Positions 24,401 to 40,870 of a DNA stretch of 64,000 nt are shown here, piece by piece (the first letter of the stretch is position 1; each line of letters starts with the position of its first letter). Both the position numbers and the translations under genes were made by a program. The stretch comes from Octopus sinensis. Lineage: Eukaryota. The notes beneath the pieces were generated by a model, which was not told the DNA's origin, did no database searches, and was given only the letters and a program-made list of their open reading frames with translations. Location: positions 58,838,001 to 58,902,000 of the forward strand of contig NC_043001.1 of assembly GCF_006345805.1 (NCBI RefSeq), given 5' to 3'.

Positions 24401-25826
24401 TGTCTCATTTGCCTATCCTAAAGCGTTCGTAAACATCGAAGTGGCATTTCTTGCATTATATCTAGCACACTCGCAATTATATACACAATCGCAAATAATT
24501 TTCGTATCACATGCATATTGTCTTTCGTGATTCAATTCTTCAAACATTGTATTGTAATAACTGCTATGTCAGCAACAGTTACACTCACTGGCATCTCCAG
24601 AGGGATGGTGCTATCAATTAAAATCACCGAAACCAAATTATTTGCGTATATCAATATATATTAAATTATATTATATTTCATAAATCTTATTTCACTTATT
24701 CATACATATATTTTACTCTATTATTTGGTACTGCTCATTCTTTCCCATCCTTGTAAAATGCTTTCTTGGTGTACATAATTTCAGTCATTTCTTTCTTTCA
24801 TCCCCAAGTTCCCTTGTATGTATCTTTCCCCTCATTACTATGAAATTATTATGAAATGGTCAGGTCTGCATCGATTTTCAAACCAATGTTGTAATATTTT
24901 TTCGTTTGCTATAGATTTTCAATACAAATTCTAAATAAACTATAATTTTGTCAATTAACGAAATGTTTCATCATCGTGGTTATTGACAGTATATTATCGT
25001 AAATTTATACTTCTCACAGAAAATCAAACATAATGACGAGAAATCGATGAGAGTTTGAGTAATCTGCGGGGGCTAGATTCGATTCGATAAAGATATAAAT
25101 GAAAACTGTGAGAAAATTCACTATAAAGGCAGACATATATATCTGCAGTTGTTTATTTTATTTCCTAGGAAAGTGATAAACTACTATTAGTCATTGACTG
25201 ATGTTATTTATTAATGCATTCTTTCGTTTATTTCTTTTTTAATATTTCCTTAATCGAAAATATTGACTCTTTCTTTTTTTTTTTTCTATTGATGATGTCT
25301 TTTTGGAATTATCTGATTTTTATACACTTATATATTTCTAATTCTGAATCTTACATATTTCTGCATATTTACTTAGTCATTAGATGACTATTATTTCAAA
25401 AACTATGTGAAGTCGATACTTCACAGATATATCTCACCGAATAAGAGGAAATATCTAGAAGTATCTCACGTACTTTACTTCAGAACGAATGTTTATTGTG
25501 TAGTGGTTAGGCATTTATTCTCCAATAATTAGTTCCTGAGTTCAATTCTCGGATCGGGAGAGAAAATGAGGGGCATGTTGTATAGTTAATCAGCACAGCT
25601 GAAAATTCATACCTCCGATTGCTGCTTGTATCACTCTTGCCAATGGCGTTATGCTCAAGGGACTGTCTTATTCTCAGTGGATTATATGCCATAAAAACTG
25701 CTATAATCTCCAGCCTATTCATCTGGTAAAATCTATTTCCAGATTTAACTGGAAAATAACTATAGGGCTCGTGTGTAGTGCTAGGTGAGATTTTCAGGCG
25801 TACAAATCGAATGCTTCAAGCAGTGG

Positions 25827-26560
25827 CCAACGAGGTTTGGCTGAAAACTTCACATGCTGATCAAGATAGTCTCGTGGAAAGTAAACAAATGAGGTTTATT
25901 TTTTAGCATTTCCTCTTGCGGTTAATACACTTCTTCCATCGATGCCTGGTGTTTGGATACCAGTGGGGAAAAGGCTTTCATCCTGTTGGTAAAAACATTC
26001 ATCAACAGCAGATGAGATATCACAATCACTGCTATACTGGTCGCCAGCCAAGTGTTGTTTCATGTTGGTGAACAGATGATAATGAGATAGGGCCAAATCA
26101 GAAGAATAGGGTGGCTGATCAACCAGCTAAAAGACACAGTCACACACAGCATCCATTGAAACCAAGGATTTGTGTGCAGGAGCATTTTCCTGATTACCTA
26201 AAATCCACTTCGTCGGTTTTCCTACTACCTTGGCCTTGAAAAGCTTTTGTAACTGTATCAGCAAGTTGGCATAGTACACTCATTTATTACTGCGGCCCTA
26301 TTGAAAGTAGTCAATAGACACAATGTCTTCTTCACCCCCCAAAACTGAGGCCATTACCTTACCTGCAGATGTTACGATTTTTGTCTTCTATGTAGCAGGT
26401 GAGGAGGGGTGTTTCCACTGCAAGTCTTAAAGTGATGAACCCAATATTCATCCTTGCATAGAAAGCTTTCAAGAAAATCAGCTAGATATGCCTCAAAAAT
26501 ATCATATCTTCTTGTGATTTGGTCAGCCTGTTACGCTTTGCAAATTACTCTTTTCCTCAT
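25827..26560 (-). mobile_element. Mariner 3' remnant
   Basis: Minus strand QENAPAHKSLVSM...PPYSSDLA, and ORF 25896..26096 YHLFTNMKQHLAGDQYSSD. TIR-like ACGAGGTTTGGCTGAAAACTTC near 25828. Confidence 0.85.
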
Positions 26561-27066
26561 ATACATTCGTGATTATAAAATCTAAGGTGTCTTGAAAGTG
26601 AGGATGTTCTGTAGTGCAGGTTAAAACACAACAGAAGTAAAAAGGTGTGGCATGAGATATGTATCCATATGATTTGGCCTAAAAGTGGTTTGAATGCCTT
26701 AGAGCCGTGCTGCCCAGCGGCCGGCCCACGAAACCTCAGAATCCGTCCCGTTAGTCGGTCTTCAGCTTATTCCTTAATATTAACGCAAAAGCTTACTACT
26801 GTTATTTTTTCTTCGATTAATAAATGATTATTGGCTGCCAATAAACAGTTCTGGAGGAAGCTCGCATCTCTGCGCTCCGTGTGCCTTGTTTTCAGGTTTT
26901 GTTATGTCACTGGAGGCCCTTAGTGGGACGGTATGGCATATGTGTTTTTTCCACATCCACCCTCAAGAGAGGTGCTTCCCGGGAGACATGCCTTCCTTTA
27001 CCCACCACATCTCCAAGCAAGAGCCATAGGCACTGGCATTTTGTTAGCAACACTTCATATATAAAC

Positions 27067-27084
<18 letters not shown>

Positions 27085-27120
<36 letters not shown>

Positions 27121-27340
27121 ATGTGCGCGTCTGTCTGCCTGTCACTGTTTTTCCCCACCATCGCTTGACAACCGATGTTGTTGTGTTTATGTCCCCGTAA
27201 CTTAACGGTTTGGCAAAAGCGACTGATAGAATAAGTAATAGGCTTACAAATAATAAGGCCTGGAGTTGATTTGTTCGACTAAAACTGGTGCTCCAGCATG
27301 GCCACTCTCAAACGACTGAAACAAATGACTGTAAATAAAA
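27085..27340 (+). mobile_element. 3' half of the CORE-like SINE
   Basis: CCATCGCTTGACAACCGATG...CCAGCATGGCC is homologous to the 9122 copy. Confidence 0.75.
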
Positions 27341-28116
27341 TAATGAAATCAATATTTCCAGTTCTGAATAATTTTTCACACCATATCAAGTAGTTGTATT
27401 AAAATTGAAAGACTAGAAATGTGATTCCGGCCCACTGGCACCGTTTTTTTTTTTTTTTTCTTAAACCCGGCCGATGTTCGGAAAAGGCTCGGCAGCATTG
27501 CCTTAGAGTTTAAGGATTTGAGGGACGATAGACGCATAATTGGAGTATTTCCACTTCCGCTCTCCCTAGAGTTTCTTGCAACAATCCTACTTAGACAGAC
27601 ATATACATAGTTACACAGAAACATATAGTAATACAAACACACACACACACATAATCTTAAATAAAAACCCACAAATCTTGCAATTGCAGCAACTCAGGTT
27701 ACCCTTCTCAAAATAATAATCCATTCTACCATTTATCAAGTTGATAATAGAACCGTTTGTCAGTTGCCTTTTGAGTAGATAACAGTTAAACATGTGACAG
27801 TTGTAAAGAAGAAGAGAAAACAGAAAAACATAAGGGAGATAACAAACGGTATATTAAATATGTGAAACAAACGTAAGCCAGACGTTAATGATAGACTAAG
27901 TGTCCGCTTGCCTACTTTTAAGTTCCGACAAGATGTATTTCTTGAAACGTGGACAGAAAGAAAAAATATCGTTCCTCAAATTCGTTACATGTTATCAAGT
28001 GTTTTATATGAACGTATGTATGTATATAAACGTATAATTTATAAGTTTTATTATATAACTGGACGAAACACAATATTACCCACAGATTGTGGGTAATATT
28101 TAATATGTTGAAGACG

Positions 28117-28292
28117 ACGAGCTGGCAGAAACGTTATCACGCCGGTGGAAATGCTTAGCAGTTCAAATTCAGCCGAGGTCGACTTTGCCTTTCATCCTTT
28201 CGGGGACGATAAAATAAGTACTAGTTGCGTACTGAGGCTGATCTAAACGACTGGCTCCACAAATTTCGGGGGCCTTATGCCTAAAGTAGGAA
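28117..28292 (+). mobile_element. tRNA-derived SINE, internally deleted
   Basis: GAGCTGGCAGAAACGTTA...GTTCAAATT...GTCGACTTTGCCTTTCATCCTTTCGGGG; same family as 33212. Confidence 0.8.
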
Positions 28293-28299
28293 TGAATGT

Positions 28300-28560
28300 T
28301 TAACATTATTTACATTTTTTACAATTGATTGATATATGTCCTCATCTTATTTGTTGTTAACACAACGATTCGGCAAATAGACCCTCCAGCCTTCATCAAG
28401 TGTCTTGGGGAAATTTCGAAACTGACTTCTCAATTCTATGGTATTTGTCGATGTTATTATTATTATTATTATTATTACTATTCATGTCACTGCCTAGAAT
28501 CGAACTAGGAATCTTGAGGTTATTAACCCGCGCTCTTAACCGCTACGCCATATGCCCGTG
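28300..28560 (-). mobile_element. Composite element: tRNA-like head + (AAT)n + hammerhead-bearing body (copy 2)
   Basis: A box TGGCGTAGCGG (28540-28550); T-arm CCTAG-TTCGATT-CTAGG; (AAT)n at ~28454-28482; hammerhead-derived motif at 28359-28404. Confidence 0.75.
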
Positions 28561-29149
28561 GAGATGAACTACGGGGGAAAGGGAGACAGGTACTAGAAAA
28601 AGCAAAATTTCGCAAACCAAACATCATTAAGGAAGAAGAGCCTATGCTCTTCAACAGAAAGGAATACGAGGAAATAAATAGACAGAGAAAAAAAAAATTG
28701 TGCATGAGTCCCGCCGATATGCGAAGTTCTCAATATTGTCATTACAAGCATGAGACTTAGTATTATCATTGTTTTGATAACCGATGAAGAATTAGGGTCC
28801 TTCTGTGTCTGTTCCACGTGTAAGTCTTTTACCTATTGTTGTTTATTTAATGAATTTTTCATTTATATGAATATATATATATATGTAATATACCTGTGTG
28901 TGTGCGTGTGTGTGTGTATGCATGTATATTGCCTCCTTTCACAGGCATAGTCTTCTCCATTTTCAAAGCGTATTAATATCAACAGGTTTAAATTTTCTCC
29001 GTTTCTTCACTTCTCTCTACTTATTCCTGCTTCACTTTCTTTACTTTACCCTCATTTTCTTTCGATTTTCTCTTCCTTCTTTAAAGCAACGTATTCTTAA
29101 GTTCCCACACTCTCCTTATGCATATACATATTATAAGCATATATATAAT

Positions 29150-29180
<31 letters not shown>

Positions 29181-29510
29181 AATATACACCAACATATATA
29201 TATATATATATATATAAGAGAGCGACTACTATGTGGTCTACTCTAGCACTAAAAATAGATCCACTGGGCTTTAGCCATATAAAAAATGTTTCCGATGAAT
29301 ATTAGCACAACTACTGGCGCAGACAGGGCAAATAAACATAACAAAAATTCAAATTAGTTCGGGACAATTGTTTCGCTATTAATAAATTAATAAATTATGT
29401 AATTTTACTCACATAATATACCTTTATTTGTAGCTCCTCGGCCGAACCCATTCAGAATGCAATTAACTCGACCGCACGCTAGACTTTACCACCACACCCT
29501 CATTAGTTGA

Positions 29511-29577
<67 letters not shown>

Positions 29578-31609
29578 TACATATATATATATATATATAT
29601 ATATGCATACATATACACATACATATATACATATATATAGATATATGCATTTATATAAATATATATGCACACACACACGGACCACAACTATATATATATA
29701 TATCATTATGCTACATTTTTCCTCCCGTCTTTTATTAATTGTATCCGATTATTTCCCCCATTTCCCTCACATTCCATTCTTAAATTCACTATATCACTTA
29801 ACCGTCAAGATTAAGAACAAGTTGCTGATTGTCTTAACCTCTTTCACTCACTTCTTTTAGTTTTTTTCGTCTACCTCTCTTCTCAACACTCTCCCACACA
29901 CCCACGCGCACGGACACACGTCTTCATACCTCTATGTAATGCGTTCTGTTCTCTTTCCCTGTCATCATCTTCATGTGTGTGTATGTATGTGTGTATACGG
30001 GCATAAACACACTGATACGCTCATATCCATATTCATATCTCCCTTCTCAAACACACCATACCTTTTTATTACCTTGCCTTTCTTTTTGTTATGCTCACCT
30101 TGCATTACTTTCCTTTGCATTTTCTTTTTATTTCGTCCAACCCACTGTATATTGCACCAATACTTTCCCCAATTTATATCCCTTCTTTTTAACCTCTTTT
30201 TCCTACTTCATCTGAATGCATGCAGTACTTAAACCCTACTTCTCGACGATTCCCTCAGTATGAGTATCATAACCTACTTCAATATCCCCTCAATGCCAAT
30301 TCATTATACTGAAAGGACGCGGTGAATTTCGATTTTCTCAAACAGATCCATCTTTGTCGCAAGCTATTTGCTAGAAATATGTCAAAAGTATAGTATATTG
30401 ATTATAAATCCACACCAATTACATCATCAAAATCTTGAATCCATAGCAACGAGAAACAAGAAGATTTAGTTCAAACTTATGCGGCCGTTAGTTTGTGTAA
30501 GTTCTCTCTTTATGAACATTGATGGGAACATATGTGTAATGTGTATGTGTGTGTATGCTTCCAAAACTGTGTAGATATGTGTGCGCACGTATGTGTGTAA
30601 GTATTCATGTCTGTATGCTTGTATCTCCCAGTTACGCATGCGTGTAAATATGTGTTTTTATCGATCTTTACCTGAACCTGGGTAGCAGATATTCTATTTT
30701 CATATTAATATGCTTCTGAAAGCAAGGTGTAACGAAGTGCCGGAGGCTCACTCACGGTTTTCGAGGCAATACGCAACACAATGACATTTCTCTACCCTGA
30801 AGTGGGTATAATTGTATTGCAATTTGTTATTGCTTTTATTGTTTATGTTTCTCACCCTTTTAGCATTATTCTCTGAGATACAAGATGAAATGTGTTCGAG
30901 ACATGACAATTGTATACTTTTGATTATGCTGAATTACATTTTCCAGAGTGCTTTCCTTTTAAATGACAATATTTTGTGCAGTAATGAAATGACCGTAGTT
31001 ATTTCTAGCAGGTCATTTTTCACAAATAGACACCCATATATTTTTTTCACAAGGGATTGAACTGAACATTATAACAGCAGCCAAGAGTTTTAAAGATTAA
31101 CATTTTTCAGTGGATATTGAAAAATGAAAATGGGCCATGCTATAAGAAGTTAATGACACATATGGAAGGCATTCGATATCCTGTACTTGTATACCTATGT
31201 GGTATTCGAAAGAATTATCATTTGCTGGATTGATTTAATACTGATGTCAAAAGAAGATGAATGATGTAAGTCGGTAATAAATGGTCAATGAAAATCTCAA
31301 TCATGAAGAAAGCAATAACAGTGGCAGAGGGTAGGAGAATATAAAGGTAGACAAAGGTCAATATATTTTTGACTCAGTCTTAAAAAGTTTTAGGAATAGA
31401 AGTTATTCAGTGTCCTCGTATGTCGTCACCAAACGTTGGTTGAGGAACAGCTCACAAAAGAACATTATCCTGTTTACTATTTCATATGTTGACAACATTT
31501 CGAAACTGGAGTAATATTGTCGTAGATTTGCAGAGACAATTGTTTACATGTACGTATACACAAACATACAGATACCTACATACTCGCGAACACAGAAACA
31601 GACGGGCAG

Positions 31610-32295
<686 letters not shown>

Positions 32296-33211
32296 ATATG
32301 TATGTATATGACTAAATCTTATTCTAGAAAAGTTTATTTTCCAAGTTAAACATAACAGAGTGTTACACCTATACTATCTGCATTGCATGACGCACTTGTA
32401 GTCACTATTATGTTCAAGACATTTCATTTTCTAGCTTTCGTTTCATTTGAAATTTTCTGATATCAGTATAAATTCATAAAAAGGACTTTGAATTATGAAA
32501 TATCAACACATTTTATCCGTATTATCCGATATCAGTTATGTTCATTTTCATATTCGTCGATAATATAATTTGGTTTATGTCTCGGTATGAGTTTTATTGT
32601 AAGAATGACATGCTGTGTTTTCATATACGGGAGCGACCTCGATTCACTTGACTAAATTATTTATTATATTGCCCATGCTAAATCTGCTGCAACGTAGCTG
32701 TCTGCATTTTCGAACGAGTCCGTGATTGTTTTTATTCCTAATCCCATGAGATATGAATAATGGTTTTACTACATTAAAACGAAACAAAAATTCTAGAGCT
32801 TTGACTAGAGGAAGCAAGAAGTCAACGTCACGTCACATGTTATTCTTTGTGGAAACTCGCGGTTGTTTTACAAATATGAGAGTAAAATTGCTTAGACGAA
32901 AAGTAGAAATATATATCATAATTTGAACCTTCAGAAGTTTTGCTCATAGGACATATATATATAAAGGAAATTTATAATGCAAGTGAAAGAACGAAGTGGC
33001 GAATATATATATTCGCTACTTCGCTTTTTCACTTGCATTATAAATTTCCTTTGGCGTATGTATTTTCGCTTTCCAGAGAAAGAAAATATCGGAATTCACC
33101 ATCAAATTATAATTTATATTTCTGGATAAGTTTGAGCAAACTTTGTATTTTTCATTTGCTATAGAGCTAAGTCACAATAATATGGATTATAACAATAATA
33201 CTCCATATTTA

Positions 33212-33432
33212 TATTTCTTTACTACCCACAAGGGGCTAAATACAGAGAGGACAAACAAAGGGATTAAGTCGATTATATCGACCCCAGTGCGTAACTGGTA
33301 CTTATTTAATCGACCTCGAAAGGATGAAAGGCAAAGTCGACCTCGGTGGAATTTGAACTCAGAACATAACGGCAGACGAAATACGGCTACGCATTTCGCC
33401 CGGCGTGCTAACGTTTCTGCCAGCTCGCCGCC
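33212..33432 (-). mobile_element. Full-length tRNA-derived SINE
   Basis: Minus strand GGCGGCGAGCTGGCAGAAACGTTAGC...GAGTTCAAATTCC (A and B boxes)...GTGGGTAGTAAAGAAAT. Confidence 0.88.
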
Positions 33433-35049
33433 TTGAGATATATAATGCTCCATATTTAGTGCTACTGTTTCATTTTTTGGTAATATTTCGTTATTAGAGT
33501 TCAACCGAAGTTAGAATTTGGGAAGGATAACAATAATTTGGTCTATTTTGTTTTTTTTTACTGTGGAGATAGTAGAATTACTCCTCATCAGAGATTTTTC
33601 ACACTCACCGTTTTAAAGGCGAAACTCATCGCAAATCTTAGCTTCGAGATAGTATTTTGGTATTTGTAGTTTTCCATAATTCAGAATCACTGTAGAAATA
33701 TGCTGCTCAGGTTGTCGACAAATATAATGTAAATTGCGGTTTGGATTCTTCACTTTCACGATGTATAACAAAACATCCTAATCGATGTAACTCGTTCAAG
33801 AATCAAAATCAAAACAAATCACATTTATTTTTTGCCACAAACTGTACATCAATATAGAAGGTTTAGAGATCGCCTTATATCGTACAGTACAGCCCCATAA
33901 ATACACATTAATTTATTGTCATGTTTATAACAGTTTTGATTGAACAGGAAATTACTCAAGATTCGAAAATGGGTAAAACATACAGCAAGATAAGATTAAA
34001 CGCTTTGACCAAAATATAAGGTTCAACAAGCAAAAAGAAACAACACAAACACGAAACAATTATTTAGTGCTGGGGCAACTATCACAAAAGAATAAAACGA
34101 ATGGGGAGGATGCAGTTATGAAACTATTGCTAGGTAGATAGTGTGAAAATTATTGATTAAGGAAACAAGAGTTGAACTTGAATATTGGCAAAAGAATTAA
34201 AACGAAATTATATCATCAGCATCACCATCATCGTTATCATCAACATCCTCAACAGCATCAATAACAACATATTCGTCGTCGTAGTAGTCGTCATCGTTAT
34301 CATTGTTGTTAATATGAGCAAGTACTTAAAAGGTTTGGAAATTACGAAATTAAACTAAACTGGAGAAAAGTTATAGGTAAAGAAAATACTATAATACTAA
34401 AAACGTACATTAGAAAAACAAATAAAAGGAATCTACTTCAAAAAATCTTCTAAAATAGGTAAACAAGAGTGTCAGCTGAAAACGAATAGTAAAAAAGAGC
34501 AGATAATGTGTAAAAGAAAATAACAAATTAAGATTAAGTAAAATATATTTTGGAACCTTCGACAAAAATACGATCAAATGATATTATCTGAAATACCATT
34601 CGCAGTGAGTTTGCCAGATTTTATTTATATTCAGTTCACATTTAGAATCAATCACTGTATCCTTGAGAATTGCAGCTGTGCTATTTATTTCTATTGCATT
34701 CTCTCTTTCCTACTATTTTTCAATCCGCCTCTCTCTCCTCTCTCTATTTCTACTTACGTGCATATATGAATACATACATATATGGATATATTTATACATA
34801 CATTTCTCCCCTTATTATCTGTAAACACACAGAAAACATACACACGCTCATTCATGCATATGTATGTAGATACAGACAAACATACATACATATATATATA
34901 TATACATATAATTATATATAAATTCGATTCGATTATCGTTTGTTCATTTATACGTTTATATCTAAAAAGATTGTTTCCATTTAAATGTATGATCTTCAAA
35001 CTTTCATGTTTTATTACTATTGGTATCATTATCATCATCACCATCATTG

Positions 35050-35535
35050 AATGTGCGTGCAGCACACGCCATTATAGTGACACTAGGGTAGAAATATACG
35101 AAACCCAACATACTGATGATGACTACCCGTCTGATAAGTGTTCACCAGGTACATGCATCGCGAACATGTAAGCGCTAAATAGTGATTTTATATCGAAATA
35201 ACCATCGCATGGCTTTGCAGGAGGTACACACTAAGAATATTCTTCAAAAGGACCCTGAATAAGAGTTGTTTAAGGATGTTGAACGGAACACCTATATTCC
35301 CAAGGGTTAGGTATTCAAACCTCAAAAAATCCTTCTCAACACTTTGCTAAAATGTTCCCCTTATAATCCTGCTTGTCAGCAATTGATTAAGATCAAGCAA
35401 ATAGATAGAAAATCTGGGGTATTGTGCAGAATATTTGCTGCCGCCCATCCTTTTCAGGAAGACAAATCATGTACATGACAACACTTACAATTATGTAAAA
35501 TCAGAAGCCATGGGAGCCACTGTTCCTTATCACAT
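35050..35535 (-). mobile_element. ~550-bp (AAT)n-associated element, copy 3 (diverged)
   Basis: Retains GACTACCCGTCTGATAAG, CCCTGAATAAG and TCAGAAGCCATGGGAGCCACTG in order. Confidence 0.75.
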
Positions 35536-35678
35536 GATGACATTCTTCTTCTTCTTCTCTTCTTCTCCTTTTTCGCCTTCTTCTTCTTCTTCTTCTCCTT
35601 CTTCTTCTTCTTCTTCTTCTTCTTCTTCTTCTTCTTCTTCTTCTCTTCTTCTTCTTCTTCTTCTTCTTCTTCTCCTAC

Positions 35679-37580
<1,902 letters not shown>

Positions 37581-37644
37581 CCTTATTAGTATTATTATTG
37601 TACTTATTATTATTCTTGTTCTTTATTATATTATTTATTTGTTT

Positions 37645-38150
37645 ATTGCCCAGAAGGGAGCTACATACAGAGGGGACAGATAAAGACAAAAAAAGGGAAT
37701 AATTCGATTACATTGCCCCAAGTGCGTAATTAGTATTTATTTATCGACCACTGAAGGATGAAAGGCAAACTAGACCTCCGCGGAATTTGAACTCAGAACT
37801 TAGCGGCAGACGAAATACCCATTTCTTTACTACCCACAAGGGGCTAAACACAGAGAGGACAAACAAGGACAGACAAACGGATTAAGTCGATTATATCGAC
37901 CCCAGTTGTAAGTGGTACTTATTTAATCGAACCCGAAAGGATGAAAGGCAAAGTTGACCTCGGCGCAATTTGAACTCAGAACGTAACGGCAGACGAAATA
38001 TCGCTAAGCATTTTGCCCGGCGTGCTAACGATTCTGTCAGCTCGCCGCCCTTCTTTATGTTATTATTATTTAAGGCGGCAAGCTGCCAGAAATCTTAGCA
38101 AGTCGGGGAAAATTCTTAGCGGCCGTGTGCCAAAATTTGAAATACCCCTC
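37645..38150. mobile_element. Two tandem minus-strand SINEs (37645-37820, 37821-38049) and a plus-strand head (38073-38150)
   Basis: Same family as 33212-33432. Confidence 0.8.
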
Positions 38151-38206
38151 CGCCTCCTTGTCGTCTTCCTCCTCTTCCCTCTCATTATTGTTATTATTAT
38201 TATATT

Positions 38207-38760
38207 GAGTGAGAGAGCAGTGCATGCCATCAAAGTGACACTGGGGTAAAATATACGAAGCCCAATATACCCATCATGACTACCCGTCTGATAAAGGTAC
38301 ACCGGGCACATGCATCACAACCATACGTGCGCGATATGATGATTTCATGTCAAGATAAACAGCACATGACCTTGCAGGTGGGGCCCTGTTAGAATTTTCT
38401 TCAGGTTGATTAGCTCATACCGCTCAAAAGGTCCCTGAATAAGGGTTGTTTAAGGATGTTGAAAGAACCACCCATGTTTCCAGAGGTGACTTATTCAAAC
38501 CCCAAAGAATCCCTCTCAACACATGGATATGATGCTCCCCCACTACTTCTGCTCGTGATCAGAGATGCACATATCGTCAGCCACTAAGGGACATGCTCAA
38601 CTGGTTAAGGTCAAACAACTGACAAGCAAATCTGTGGTATTGAGCAGAATATTTGCTGTAGCCCATCTTTTATACCAAGACAAAACAATGTACATGATAA
38701 CACTTCCAATCAGTTAAGATCAGAAGCCATGAGAGCCACTGCCTGGTACTGCATCAGGGC
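38207..38760 (-). mobile_element. ~550-bp (AAT)n-associated element, copy 4
   Basis: Full ends GAGTGAGAGAGCAG...GCATCAGGGC on +, with (ATT)n on both sides. Confidence 0.88.
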
Positions 38761-38838
<78 letters not shown>

Positions 38839-38864
38839 CGTTATTATTATTATTATCATTAATA

Positions 38865-38906
<42 letters not shown>

Positions 38907-38953
38907 CATCATCATCATCATCATTATTATTTTTATTATTATTGTTATTATTA

Positions 38954-39001
<48 letters not shown>

Positions 39002-39011
39002 CATCATTATT

Positions 39012-39270
39012 ATGAAAGACTCTTGGATAGTTCTTAACAGGCAAGAACAAATCACCAAAGGTTTCAAGTAGTGTCTTCTCCTGCGACTCAAACAGACAAT
39101 ACTCTCCTTAGCATGTGAGTTGTGCCTTATAATACTGTCTTCTGCATCACTTCCAGTCTGGATCAGCAATCCTGAGACTGCTTAATTTGTCACAACGGCA
39201 GTTAATCAAACCATCACTCATACAGCCACCAAAAATGTTATCGATAGCAAGATTGATAGGACGCACAAAA
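39012..39270 (-). mobile_element. Short 3' fragment of another R4-type family
   Basis: Minus strand EVMQKTVL*GTTHMLRRVLSV* matches the R4 C-terminus IQKIALLGTAHILRRTLSIQ*; a short UTR and (AAT)n follow. Confidence 0.65.
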
Positions 39271-40649
39271 GCAAAAGAATAGACTGTAACAGTGACGCTG
39301 TTCGTTGCATCACTATCGCTGCCATCACTTCTCGCATCACTACAATGTTGGTACACTATTCTGAGGAAAAGTCAGTTTCATCAGTAGTAAAGTAATACAA
39401 TATTAGGAAAAGAAAGCATTGGATTTATTTATATTTCCAGACATATTCGAGTATAGCTTTGTACTTTTTAACTACCGTTGAGCTAAATCACCATAATATC
39501 TAGTGTGACAATAACGCTACTTTTGCCTGCATATTGGATTGCTAGTTTCATCTGTTGGACTCAATTAAGTGCAAAATGATTAAAATAGCTGTGAAAAATC
39601 TAGAGCATCACCCACGAATGAAACAACCTAATCTGCATGAATGTCCTTGGTGGCTAAACCTATTCGCCACAAGTATTTGATAACACGATACTAAAATTTC
39701 TTCTATTTTGAATACAGTTGCTATTAGTTACTTTTGAAGTCTTCTTTGAATAGTCAGATGTTAGTATACATTAAATGAAACAACGCACTTGTTATTAAGA
39801 AGGGTTGAAATTAACGTATGCAAGACTTCACAGCCTAAAAGAAAAGTATCAATCCTTCAATAGCCCTACGATGTAGATAGGGATAATGATCTGTATAGAC
39901 GTTTCGTTTGATTTCGTAGATAGAGAAACGATTACTAGAAGCCGAATGCACCGTTATTGGCGAGCCAAACCTGCGTAGACCGGGTTATCGAGTTCTTTCG
40001 GCGGGCTTCGATTATCGATAGGAAGAATTACCACCAAAAATTGCGGTTCCTCTTGAGAAGAGTGGTTAGAGGAAAAAGAATAAGCTTCAGTCAAGAAGTT
40101 GCATTAGAGGAAACTACGATAACAGCTGACCAAAATATAAATTTAATGTTCAGCTCGAAGTTGACAGCAAAATATTGCTGGTTATTATTCATCTCCCATT
40201 GTTGTATGCATTGTCATATCTCATGCTAAGTGTCATATTTCTAACTATAAAAGCGTTTCTGCTATTCCATATTTCTGTTGCAATCTCTAATGTATTCACA
40301 CTTGTGAATGTCTAGATAGCCAGACGCAGTAAAGTTGTGCGTTTCTTTTTAACTGTTATATACTATGCAGTTTCATAATATGTGATATTAATTACGTCCT
40401 TTAGTAATTGCTGCATGGCTTGCGTTCCTAGCCGCGATAGATATTTTCTCCCATTTACTCTTGACCCATATGACTATGATCTAATTTCATGAATTTCATT
40501 CAACCATTGAAAATATTCTGTTTCCCATCCATGAATTAGTTACACAGACTAATTTTCTTTCCATCGGGGTAACTTCGAATATTGTCGTCAAACTTTGATA
40601 CAAGGCGATCAATTCTGTGGAGCGTGTAACTCAACTGTAATTTATTTTA

Positions 40650-40870
40650 TCAAGAGATGAAAGGCAAAGTAGACCCCCAGTGGTATTTAACCTAAGCAAA
40701 GCTAGAAAAAATGCTGTAACGATTCTGTTTGCTTTCTAACTTTGTAGCTTGTAATAACGGTTACAGATTTTGGTACAAGCTAGCTATTTCTATTGTATCG
40801 ACCCCCCAGGCTCAAATGGTACTCATTCTTTTTACTCCTCATGGATGAAAGGGTGACGTCGACTTCGGTG
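40650..40870 (-). mobile_element. Two degraded tRNA-SINE fragments
   Basis: GATGAAAGGCAAAGTAGAC and GGATGAAAGGGTGACGTCGACTTCGGTGG blocks. Confidence 0.55.

Noticed and set aside
26650-27050. GC-richer patch with a hAT-end-like motif and a possible AG/GT micro-exon
   Set aside because: No partner TIR, no TSD and no recognisable protein.
28485-28560. Possible bona fide tRNA gene
   Set aside because: No proper acceptor stem, an irregular anticodon arm, and direct fusion to a repeat body, so it is treated as a SINE-type head.
29430-29500. Weak tRNA-like A/B-box pair on the minus strand
   Set aside because: Too degenerate to assign.
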